The notes beneath the pieces were generated by a model. It saw only the letters and a list, made by a program, of their open reading frames with translations. It made no database searches and was not told where the DNA came from. Positions 1-7,522 of a DNA stretch of 15,909 nucleotides are shown here, one piece after another. Position numbers and translations under genes: made by a program. The first letter of the stretch is position 1, and every line of letters begins with the position of its first letter. Origin of the DNA: Candidatus Thorarchaeota archaeon (GTDB taxonomy: Archaea > Asgardarchaeota > Thorarchaeia > Thorarchaeales > Thorarchaeaceae); NCBI GenBank assembly GCA_016840855.1, contig JAEORO010000141.1, positions 1 through 15,909 of the forward strand, in the 5' to 3' direction.

Positions 1-606
1 ACTGAAACAAACCTTGGAATAGGTAGGGTGACTTCATCGAAAACGAACTGGCAAGCACTCCCTCCAATGCAGGATGTCCTCAGGAAGTACATGAAGACCC
101 ACCCTGAAACTCAGGATGCAAAGATTGAGGCAGTGAATGGTGGTGTTGTTCCATGTGCAGGGATAATTCCGAGGTTCACTGATGCAGGAGTTGCGCTTGT
201 TGGAAACTCAGCCGGACAAGTATCATCAATTGTCGGCGGAGGAGTTACAACTTGCCTCCATGCAGGTCAAGTTCTTGCAAAACATGCGAAAAGAATGGCG
301 GATGCTGGAGATTTCTCAAAGAACAGCGTATATCAGTATGAAAAGGAGTATAGAAAGACAAAACTGGCCTCTAACATCACTAACACGGGTAAAGGAATGT
401 GGGCAGTATCAAAGTATTCAATGTTCAACGACCCGATCGTTGCAGCAGAGGTCGTGTTGGGCCAACTTGATGCCAAGACACTGAACGAACTGATACAGGG
501 ACATGCAAGCGTTGGCACTTTGATGACTCTTATGACAGACTTCCTCCCAATGGTAGCGAGAATTGGAGTCGGATACCTTCGAGCTATCGCTGTGAGCGGT
601 CTTTAA
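1..606 (+). CDS. Geranylgeranyl reductase-family FAD-dependent oxidoreductase, 3' part (5' end outside the window)
   Basis: The frame is open from base 1 (TETNLGIG..., like the GGR 'ANVGIG' strand). It contains GGVVP and ALVGNSAGQVSSIVGGGV...AG, matching the GGR GDAAGxxxPxxGxG FAD motif, then the typical 'YEKEYR' helix. Stop TAA at 604-606. Confidence 0.8.
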   Translation, partial: TETNLGIGRVTSSKTNWQALPPMQDVLRKYMKTHPETQDAKIEAVNGGVVPCAGIIPRFTDAGVALVGNSAGQVSSIVGGGVTTCLHAGQVLAKHAKRMADAGDFSKNSVYQYEKEYRKTKLASNITNTGKGMWAVSKYSMFNDPIVAAEVVLGQLDAKTLNELIQGHASVGTLMTLMTDFLPMVARIGVGYLRAIAVSGL

Positions 607-611
607 AAAAA
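605..611 (-). terminator. Oligo-U (T7) archaeal terminator for the minus-strand transcript
   Basis: A7 on + at 605-611, directly after a small GUGA/UCAC hairpin (626-623/615-612) on the minus strand. Confidence 0.5.
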
Positions 612-760
612 GTGAGAGAGAATCACGGAGTCGAAGCAGGGGACACCCCCCCGCGCCGCCCTGCTTCGTGGCCGATGGGACCCACCGGCATGCCCTGTAC
701 CATGCCCGTTGTGGATTACCGTGAAGCATCCACCCGGAGTTAGCAGCGGACAGCTGCTTA
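605..760 (-). ncRNA. Candidate structured small RNA of unknown family (~155 nt)
   Basis: About 64% GC (90/140 over 621-760) against ~40% in the flanks. Five stems: 742-747/753-758, 711-716/728-733, 687-692/701-706, 671-678/682-689 and 632-641/659-668 plus an inner extension. Three A.C mismatches on + become G.U pairs on -. TATA box ~25-30 nt upstream and a T7 run at the 3' end. Confidence 0.55.
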
Positions 761-780
761 GTAGACACGTGGCGATGCGT

Positions 781-790
781 ATTTATATAT
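781..790. promoter_or_regulatory. TATA box usable in both directions
   Basis: Reads TTTATATA on + (782-789) and TATATAAA on - (789-782). It is the best TATA match between the structured element and the ORF at 851/872. Confidence 0.6.
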
Positions 791-871
791 CGTGTGGTTG
801 TATACAGTCATAAAGTTAGCAAAGCATGAATTTTTGAAATCTGCTCATGGATGGGTAAAGAGGTACACCTG

Positions 872-1903
872 ATGTCGCTTGATAATCGAATTTCGAAGGC
901 CCTTGAACTTTGTGGATTTATATCTGAAGATAGACAGAAGTCACGATCAATGAGTCTCCTGAGCATAATTCTCAAGCTACAAAAAGACCCACCAATTCCA
1001 TTGACATTTTCAGAGATTTATAATCGATTTCAAAAAGAAGACTCGGATAACAAACTCACAAAGGCATGGATTCATAGAGTACTCAGGTCATTGTTAGATG
1101 CCCAGCTGGTACGTGTAGAGAACCCCTCTGCTCACCGTAAGAGGTACATAGCAGATGTCAACACGGTGATGGCAGGACTTGAACAATTGAAGAGTCAACG
1201 AATACATGAACTTGAAACTCAAAAAAATGGGATTGATAGAACGATCGCGGAGGTTGCAAGTCTTGATTGTGGTGATATTGCACAGGCGTTCATCAAAAAC
1301 CTAACCGGAACACGACAAAAAATTAGTTCGAGGATTGTCAGGGGGGTTGATGAGCTTCATAGGGTTCTTAAATTCAATATGCTGGATGTCGCAAAGAAAG
1401 GAGACATTATTCGAGCAACAGCTCTCTGGCTCGGCCCATTTGTTGAAGGAGCTGTAAATCGAACTATGAGATTCATAGAAGTCGCTCAAAGGGGTGTTGA
1501 TGTCAGATACATGCTATCAACACAGGTATTCCAAATTGAAGAGTTAGCCCCTCATGTTACAATCAATATGGACCAAGCGAGGGAAGTCATACACCATCTT
1601 CATATGCTCAGAAAGAGTGGCGTAAAGTTTGATATTCGTATCTATGAAGGGCCAAAAACATACAATCAAGTGAGCATCAATAATGACAACATGGCGTTGA
1701 TAATTGCTGAGGACCCAGTCACTGCCACATGGATCACTCGAGATTTCAATCCAGACTTAATTGACAATGCAGTGAAAGCTTTTGACAGAGACTGGAGAAA
1801 AGCAAAATCGTTTTTGGAGATGACTCCGAAGGACTTGCAAATGTTTGGAGTAGAACCCGGAGGACTAATTAGTAAGCTTACCAGCCGAGATAATAAAGAA
1901 TAA
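872..1903 (+). CDS. TrmB-like regulator (wHTH + coiled coil + PLD-fold effector domain), paralog 1
   Basis: wHTH recognition helix KAWIHRVLRSLLDAQLV, a coiled coil, then IVRGVDEL, KKGDIIR, RGVDVRYM and the C-terminal NPDLIDNAVKAFDRDW. ATG 872 is preceded by GAGGT (860-864); the alternative start is ATG 851. Confidence 0.7.
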   Translation: MSLDNRISKALELCGFISEDRQKSRSMSLLSIILKLQKDPPIPLTFSEIYNRFQKEDSDNKLTKAWIHRVLRSLLDAQLVRVENPSAHRKRYIADVNTVMAGLEQLKSQRIHELETQKNGIDRTIAEVASLDCGDIAQAFIKNLTGTRQKISSRIVRGVDELHRVLKFNMLDVAKKGDIIRATALWLGPFVEGAVNRTMRFIEVAQRGVDVRYMLSTQVFQIEELAPHVTINMDQAREVIHHLHMLRKSGVKFDIRIYEGPKTYNQVSINNDNMALIIAEDPVTATWITRDFNPDLIDNAVKAFDRDWRKAKSFLEMTPKDLQMFGVEPGGLISKLTSRDNKE

Positions 1904-1926
1904 TCAAATCAAATGGGGTATGGAGG

Positions 1927-2838
1927 GTGGAAACTGAACTAAGACACGAAGAAGTGCTTGAAATCATTGGAATGGATAGCACAAAAAAAGACATGGTTAT
2001 TCTTGGAGCGATTCTAAAAGCTCAGAGGGAACCGACAGAGTTCATCGACTTCGAAACTCTTCGTAAGCAATTGGCAAAAGATGAAGGAACAAGAAAAGGG
2101 AAAGATTCCTTGGTCTATAGAAGCCTCTCATGGCTTGAAAAAGAGGGATTTGTGAAGATTGATGACAGTGGTCACAAGCATGGGTACAACTCAAGTGTCA
2201 CAAATATTGAGAGAGCCTTAGAGAAAATCATCAATGATAAGATAGCAGATATGAAGCAAGAGTTGAAACATATTGATTCCGAAGTGACAGAACTATCAGA
2301 TATTAAGCCTGAGGCTCTGGCATCACATTTGATTGATTCGGCTATAGGGAAAAGTAAAATTGAGAAGCCTCTCTTTGCACAGGGTTTTGAGAACATCTTA
2401 AAGCTGCTTGATGACAAGGTGTACAAGGGCCTCAAGAGAGGAGATGTGATAAGGATTACACTTGAGTGGTTGTCTCAAGGAGATTTTTCTAATTCAATAA
2501 GAGTGATGAATGCTGAAAAGCTCGCCAAGATTGGTGTTGAATTCAGAGCTCTTGATCATGATAGGAGCGAGAGAAAAATACGTGAAAAAATGAAACCATC
2601 TATTATAAACTGGCAAAAAGAATACAATACGATTGGTTATAGTATCCTCCCCCGAAAAGATGCAACATATCAATTCGTGGCACGAAACAACGAAGGATTA
2701 GTACTTGTGGTATCTGAGAGCCCTCTATCTGCAACGTGGCTACCAAGAGAAGTAAATCCGGATTTAGTTGATAATGCGATTGATAGTTTCGACGATGATT
2801 ATGTGATGGGAAAAAGTATTCTGGATTTTGAGGGATGA
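1927..2838 (+). CDS. TrmB-like regulator, paralog 2
   Basis: DSLVYRSLSWLEKEGFV (wHTH), coiled coil, AQGFENIL, KRGDVIR, IGVEFRAL and NPDLVDNAIDSFDDDY. GTG start with GGGGT upstream. Confidence 0.7.
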   Translation: METELRHEEVLEIIGMDSTKKDMVILGAILKAQREPTEFIDFETLRKQLAKDEGTRKGKDSLVYRSLSWLEKEGFVKIDDSGHKHGYNSSVTNIERALEKIINDKIADMKQELKHIDSEVTELSDIKPEALASHLIDSAIGKSKIEKPLFAQGFENILKLLDDKVYKGLKRGDVIRITLEWLSQGDFSNSIRVMNAEKLAKIGVEFRALDHDRSERKIREKMKPSIINWQKEYNTIGYSILPRKDATYQFVARNNEGLVLVVSESPLSATWLPREVNPDLVDNAIDSFDDDYVMGKSILDFEG

Positions 2839-3806
2839 ATAAGGTGCCAAGTAGAAAACGCGCAAGCAGTTTCGAAAAACTCGGAGTAGACATTACATCA
2901 AGTGAAATGCAGGTATTCAGAGCAGTCCTAATTGCTGCCGGAGGTATTAACAAACCAGCAAGCTACAATGAGATAGCTACAAGTCTTGAATCAATTGCTG
3001 GTAAGAAGTATACCAAAGCCTACATCTATAGACGACTAAACAGTCTAGAAGAAGATGGGTTCATAATTGTTGACACAATCCATACACCAAGAACATATAC
3101 AGTCACAGAATCGAGTGTCATAAGAGCACTTGAAACAAAAAGGGAGAGAAAATTATTTGAAAGCCTTGCAAAGAGACATGATGTAACTACAAAACTCAAT
3201 CAACTCAATTCAATCCAGAAACAAGAGCTTGCGATAATGTTACACAAACAACTGGTGGGGACTCAATCAATTGATAAATCTCAGGTGATTGAAGGAATCG
3301 AGAATGTTAGAAGCACTATCATTCGAGATTTTGCAGATGCTGCACAAAAGGGAGATCGAATTAGAATTCTGGGTCATGCAAGCACTCTAGCAGAGGGTCT
3401 TGGTCCAGGAGGTGTTACTGAGCTAAAAGTAATACAGGCGGGTTTCAGAGGGGTTAAAGTCCAAGGCCTCCTGACTCCCATTGGACAAGAAGATCTTGAT
3501 TTGAATCTGATGGCTCGCCATTTGACTCCGATGGTTGAGGTCTTTAAACAAGCAACAAAGACTGGTAATATCCAATTGAAACTTACACATGCACCAATTA
3601 ATACCTACAGAATAGTCTGTCTGAATGAGGACAAGATGCTCCTTTATCTTACACATGCAAAAGAATCGGATGTTGCAGCTGTAATCCATCGGGATTACAA
3701 CCCTGGACTCATTGATGATGCTATTAAGACCTTTGACAATCTATGGGGATCTGGTTTAGATGTGCTAGATATGGTGAAGCAAGTGCTGAAGAAGAAGACA
3801 ACTTAG
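2835..3806 (+). CDS. TrmB-like regulator, paralog 3
   Basis: KAYIYRRLNSLEEDGFI (wHTH), IEGIENVR, QKGDRIR, RGVKVQGL and NPGLIDDAIKTFDNLW. ATGA overlap with paralog 2 suggests translational coupling. Confidence 0.72.
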   Translation: MNKVPSRKRASSFEKLGVDITSSEMQVFRAVLIAAGGINKPASYNEIATSLESIAGKKYTKAYIYRRLNSLEEDGFIIVDTIHTPRTYTVTESSVIRALETKRERKLFESLAKRHDVTTKLNQLNSIQKQELAIMLHKQLVGTQSIDKSQVIEGIENVRSTIIRDFADAAQKGDRIRILGHASTLAEGLGPGGVTELKVIQAGFRGVKVQGLLTPIGQEDLDLNLMARHLTPMVEVFKQATKTGNIQLKLTHAPINTYRIVCLNEDKMLLYLTHAKESDVAAVIHRDYNPGLIDDAIKTFDNLWGSGLDVLDMVKQVLKKKTT

Positions 3807-4876
3807 GATTCAGAGATCCAATCTTTGCTCTTCGATAGAGTCACAAAAATATCATCACAAACCGCTTGGAAGTTTTCGTAGAGACCGTACTCACCACCTG
3901 CTGCATATGGGTGTCCGCCACCATTGAACATTTTCGCTGCAGCATTACATAGTACCCCATCAGAGCCTCTTCTAAATCCTAGCATACCTCCTTGACTAAG
4001 TGATAGTAAGAGGTCTGCAACCTTCAGCTCAGGATCGATAGAAACTAAGATTTCAGGATTAGATGCAAAAGTACCCATATCAGTGGATGTAAGACCACTT
4101 GGAATCTCCACTATCCGAACCAACTTCCCGTGAATTATTTGATCGCAATGTCCAGTTAGTGCTTTCCTCATCTTCTTCGTCTTCTCTTTTCGATAATGCT
4201 CAACGCGTTGGTTTAAGAGCACATCCTTGAATTTATGAGAGTCTTTATCCCAAACTCCACTCAGTCCTTCATCTGCTAATTTCGCGAGAACAGCATAAAG
4301 AGCATCAGTCACATCTTCCTTTTTGTCAATTGCTCCAAAACGGATGACGCTAACAGCATCAGTAAGAGCGTTGGCTGCTTCAATCTCGCGAAGATTGAAG
4401 TCTGTATCATGTGCAATCCGAGCAAGTTCAGTAGAAACCTCATCACGGGGCATGAGAACTTTATGTGTAATCTCTGCAGCGCAGAATTCATGATTGACTT
4501 TAAGAACCGGTTTGTTTCCAAGCGAGAGAATCATCTTGATTGATTTATCAGGCCATTGATGATGATCCAACCATACGACCCGAGAGTCTTGAGTAATTGC
4601 CCTTGTGAGCCCAGTCTGGACCATATCAATTATTGCATCATCCATTCCAAGGTCAGTTATGATGATCAAGGTATCTCTCTGCCTTGCAATGTAGGAGAAA
4701 ACTTGCTCAAAAGAACCATAGTCTGTAAGAATTGCCTTGAAGTCGAGACCTTTTTCCTTCGCGTACCTCCATACAATGGCGGCTGAAGCTAGTCCATCCA
4801 CATCCTTATCGTGCGAGATCGAAAGGAGTGAAGTGACCTTCTTCGTCGTATTATTGCTTTCTCGTTCTTCAGGCAT
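3803..4876 (-). CDS. DHH/DHHA1-family phosphoesterase (NrnA/RecJ-like superfamily)
   Basis: All family motifs are present: SHDKDVDG, ITDLG, WLDHH, HDTD and the DHHA1 motif GGGHPYAAG. Confidence 0.9.
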   Translation of the reverse strand: MPEERESNNTTKKVTSLLSISHDKDVDGLASAAIVWRYAKEKGLDFKAILTDYGSFEQVFSYIARQRDTLIIITDLGMDDAIIDMVQTGLTRAITQDSRVVWLDHHQWPDKSIKMILSLGNKPVLKVNHEFCAAEITHKVLMPRDEVSTELARIAHDTDFNLREIEAANALTDAVSVIRFGAIDKKEDVTDALYAVLAKLADEGLSGVWDKDSHKFKDVLLNQRVEHYRKEKTKKMRKALTGHCDQIIHGKLVRIVEIPSGLTSTDMGTFASNPEILVSIDPELKVADLLLSLSQGGMLGFRRGSDGVLCNAAAKMFNGGGHPYAAGGEYGLYENFQAVCDDIFVTLSKSKDWISES

Positions 4877-4999
4877 ATAGGCTCATTGACAGAGGAGTAA
4901 GATGGCTTATTTTATCTTACCGTAAGGTATTCAGCATACAAAAAAGAAGTCGAAAGTGTTTTGTGATGCCTCGTTGGTTCATAATCCGCGAGGGATAGA

Positions 5000-6856
5000 A
5001 TGAGCAAGTCCAAGCGAAATACCATCATGAGTGGAAATGAAGCCATTGTAAGAGGCGCTTTAGAGGCGGGTGTTGGGTTTTGCGCATCATATCCTGGAAC
5101 CCCCTCAACTGAGATTGCTACAGGTCTCTTTGATTTCGTTACTGAGTACGATATTCATGTTGAATGGTCCACAAACGAAAAGGTAGCAATGGAAGTAGCT
5201 GCCGCAGCAAGTTGGGTGGGAATTCCATCTCTGTGTTCGATGAAGTCCTTGGGTCTGAATGTTGCGTCGGATTTCCTCCTTAATCTGAATCTGACTGGAT
5301 CAGGAAAGGGAGGACTAGTAGTTGTTGTTTGTGATGACCCTAAAGGACATAGTTCTAGCAATGAACAAGATTCAAGATTTTATGCAAAAGCTGCCAAAAT
5401 TCCTCTCCTAGAGCCATCGACACACCAAGAGGCAAAAGATGTAACAATAAGCGCTTTCAGCCTCTCTAAGAGATTCGAGATTCCTGTACTCATCAGAAGT
5501 ACAACAAGACTGTCACATTCTAGAGGTCTTGTAGAAATTGGAAAGGTTTCACCCAAAACGCGAAAGACACACGATTTGCAGGAACATCTTTACAATGTAC
5601 CGTCGCCGCATCTCAGACATAAAGACCTTCTAAAGAAAATGGAAAAGATTGCAGAAGAGTTCGAGAAATCACCATATAATACTGAGAAGATCAGGAAAGA
5701 CAGCAATCTGCTAGTGATTTCAAGTGGGATAAGTTCACTCTATGCAAAGGAAGCGATTCATATCATTGCATCTGACAACATAAGCCACTTGAATTTGGTT
5801 ACTACTAATCCATTACCAAAGAACAAAATCGCTGAACATCTTTCGAGAGCAAATCAAGTTCTTTTCATCGAAGAAAATGACACATTCATTGAGGAGAGTA
5901 TCAGGGCACTATCAACAGAACTACAGGAGATTCCAAAATTCTTCGGAAAGATGACAGGGCACATTCCAAGTTATGGAGAAATGAATACAGACCTTGTATT
6001 GACTGGACTCTTTACATTAACAGGAAGAGAAGAGAAGGAAAAAACTGAACATGAGCCGCGCTTGACAAATCTATTGGTCGAAAGACCTCTCACTTTCTGC
6101 ACTGGATGCACTCATAGGAACTTCTACTGGGCTGTACGAACCGTGAAGAAGAGGTTGGGAGGGAATCTTGTTGTTGCTGGTGACATTGGGTGCTACTCTC
6201 TTGGAGTGTTCTATGATGAAGCAATGGACACAATGCATGCCATGGGTTCGGGCATTGGTGTTGGTAGTGGACTAGGCCAACTTCAGAGGTTTGGGTTTGA
6301 TTCCAAGGTAATATCGGTTGCAGGTGATTCGACCTTTTTCCATGCATGTATTCCTGGACTCATAAATGCAAGGCACAAAAACGCAGATCTAACATTTGTG
6401 ATTCTAGATAATGCTACTACAGCAATGACCGGCTATCAGGTTCATCCAGGTTCAAACATTCAGGATGAGAACCTAAGGAGAGTTCAGATAGAGAATCTAA
6501 TCAAAGCTGTGGAGCCAGACTTCTTCGCTATTGGAGATGCAACAGACATCAATTCCATGATTAGCCTTTTGCACTCCACAGTACAGAAAAGGGGTCTGAA
6601 AGTCCTCCTGATGAATAGCATATGTAGACTTGAGGAAGTCAAGAGAAAACCCGGGATTGTTGGTGCAACTTTAGTCAAGATAGATCGTAGTCTATGCAAG
6701 GGAGAGAAATGCAAGATATGCGCAGCGGATTTTGGCTGTCCAGCCCTGGTCTGGGACCAGACAACGAACTATCCTGTTGTCTTGGACCACGTGTGTGTGA
6801 GATGTGGTGCATGCATTGATGTCTGTCCCCATAACGCTATTGTGGAGGGAGAGTAA
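5000..6856 (+). CDS. iorA: Indolepyruvate:ferredoxin oxidoreductase alpha subunit
   Basis: MSGNEAIVRGALEAGV, YPGTPSTEI, EWSTNEKVA, SSSNEQDSR, FCTGCTHR, GDIGCY, the TPP motif GDSTFFH...LDNATTAMTG, and a C-terminal 2x[4Fe-4S] ferredoxin domain (CKIC...CP, CVRCGACIDVCP). Confidence 0.93.
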   Translation: MSKSKRNTIMSGNEAIVRGALEAGVGFCASYPGTPSTEIATGLFDFVTEYDIHVEWSTNEKVAMEVAAAASWVGIPSLCSMKSLGLNVASDFLLNLNLTGSGKGGLVVVVCDDPKGHSSSNEQDSRFYAKAAKIPLLEPSTHQEAKDVTISAFSLSKRFEIPVLIRSTTRLSHSRGLVEIGKVSPKTRKTHDLQEHLYNVPSPHLRHKDLLKKMEKIAEEFEKSPYNTEKIRKDSNLLVISSGISSLYAKEAIHIIASDNISHLNLVTTNPLPKNKIAEHLSRANQVLFIEENDTFIEESIRALSTELQEIPKFFGKMTGHIPSYGEMNTDLVLTGLFTLTGREEKEKTEHEPRLTNLLVERPLTFCTGCTHRNFYWAVRTVKKRLGGNLVVAGDIGCYSLGVFYDEAMDTMHAMGSGIGVGSGLGQLQRFGFDSKVISVAGDSTFFHACIPGLINARHKNADLTFVILDNATTAMTGYQVHPGSNIQDENLRRVQIENLIKAVEPDFFAIGDATDINSMISLLHSTVQKRGLKVLLMNSICRLEEVKRKPGIVGATLVKIDRSLCKGEKCKICAADFGCPALVWDQTTNYPVVLDHVCVRCGACIDVCPHNAIVEGE

Positions 6857-6857
6857 A

Positions 6858-7457
6858 ATGAGAGAACCCTACTCAATTTTAGTGGCGGGTGTTGGAGGGC
6901 AAGGAAACCTTGTCTGTGGAAGAATTATTGCAGAAGCTACAACAAAGCAGGGACTGCGACCTGTGGTAGGAGACACCTTTGGTGCCTCTCGGAGAGGCGG
7001 GAGCGTGTTGACACATATTAGGATCGGTACAGAGGACTGGGGCCCTCTGATACCAAAGGGAGAAGCAAACATCCTTCTGGGATTCGAACCAGTAGAAGCT
7101 CTCCGGGCTGCTCTACGTTTCGCAAGCGATAAAACAGTAGCCATCGTAAGCAACACACCTATACCCCCGTCGAATGTCACCTCAGGCAACTTGGTTTATC
7201 CTGAGGTAAGCGATATCAAGAGAGGGCTGGAATCTATTTGCGAGAAGGTGTATATGTTGGATGCAGAGCCTGTTCTGAAGAGTCTTGATTCCACAAGGGT
7301 CCTGAACTCGTACATGCTTGGCGCACTCTCAATACTGGAGGGTATGCCACTTGATTCTAGAAATTTGAAGCAAGCACTTGCAGAGGTTTTAGACTCGGAC
7401 AGGGACATGACTGCGTTTAATGAGGGTGCTAAGGCTCTCCAAGACATGAGAATATGA
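6858..7457 (+). CDS. iorB: Indolepyruvate:ferredoxin oxidoreductase beta subunit
   Basis: ILVAGVGGQG, GASRRGGSVLTHIRIG, GFEPVEALR and NSYMLGAL. ATG 6858 lies 1 nt after the iorA stop, so the ORF-track start at 6804 is probably too long. Confidence 0.9.
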   Translation: MREPYSILVAGVGGQGNLVCGRIIAEATTKQGLRPVVGDTFGASRRGGSVLTHIRIGTEDWGPLIPKGEANILLGFEPVEALRAALRFASDKTVAIVSNTPIPPSNVTSGNLVYPEVSDIKRGLESICEKVYMLDAEPVLKSLDSTRVLNSYMLGALSILEGMPLDSRNLKQALAEVLDSDRDMTAFNEGAKALQDMRI

Positions 7458-7522
7458 TGTTGTCCCCGCATTCCTTAAGTATCGGTTTGTCGCCGAAAAA
7501 TCCCACGTGGAATTGGGAGTAA

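Noticed and set aside
620-735. tRNA-Sec or intron-containing tRNA (CUUCA loop, UUCGACUCC T-loop-like string on minus)
   Set aside because: No acceptor stem, the T-loop-like string is not closed by G-C, the base after UCA is C rather than a purine, and no BHB motif is evident.
630-750. SRP RNA, 5S rRNA or U1-like identity from short look-alikes (CCCGGAG..AGCAGC, UCCCAUC, CACGAAG)
   Set aside because: The SRP helix-8 stem does not pair and the element is about half the archaeal SRP length. The 5S CCGAAC motif and terminal helix are absent. The U1 match is only 7 nt.
418-768. 116-aa minus-strand ORF, and a 26-aa ORF (MVQGMPVG...) at 703-623, spanning the GC-rich element
   Set aside because: The long ORF runs antisense into the GGR gene, starts upstream of the predicted TSS and crosses the U7 terminator. 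Neither has recognisable motifs. RNA structure explains the region better, though the short peptide cannot be fully excluded.
851-3806. PLD-nuclease defence system
   Set aside because: None of the three proteins has an HxKxxxxD motif, and there is no helicase, methylase or other defence gene nearby.
6804-6857. N-terminal extension of iorB in the ORF track
   Set aside because: It overlaps the iorA ferredoxin domain; family similarity begins at ATG 6858.
7482-7518. Two tiny hairpins (TCGG/CCGA and TCCCA/TGGGA) ahead of the Cys-rich gene
   Set aside because: Stems of 4-5 bp are expected by chance.
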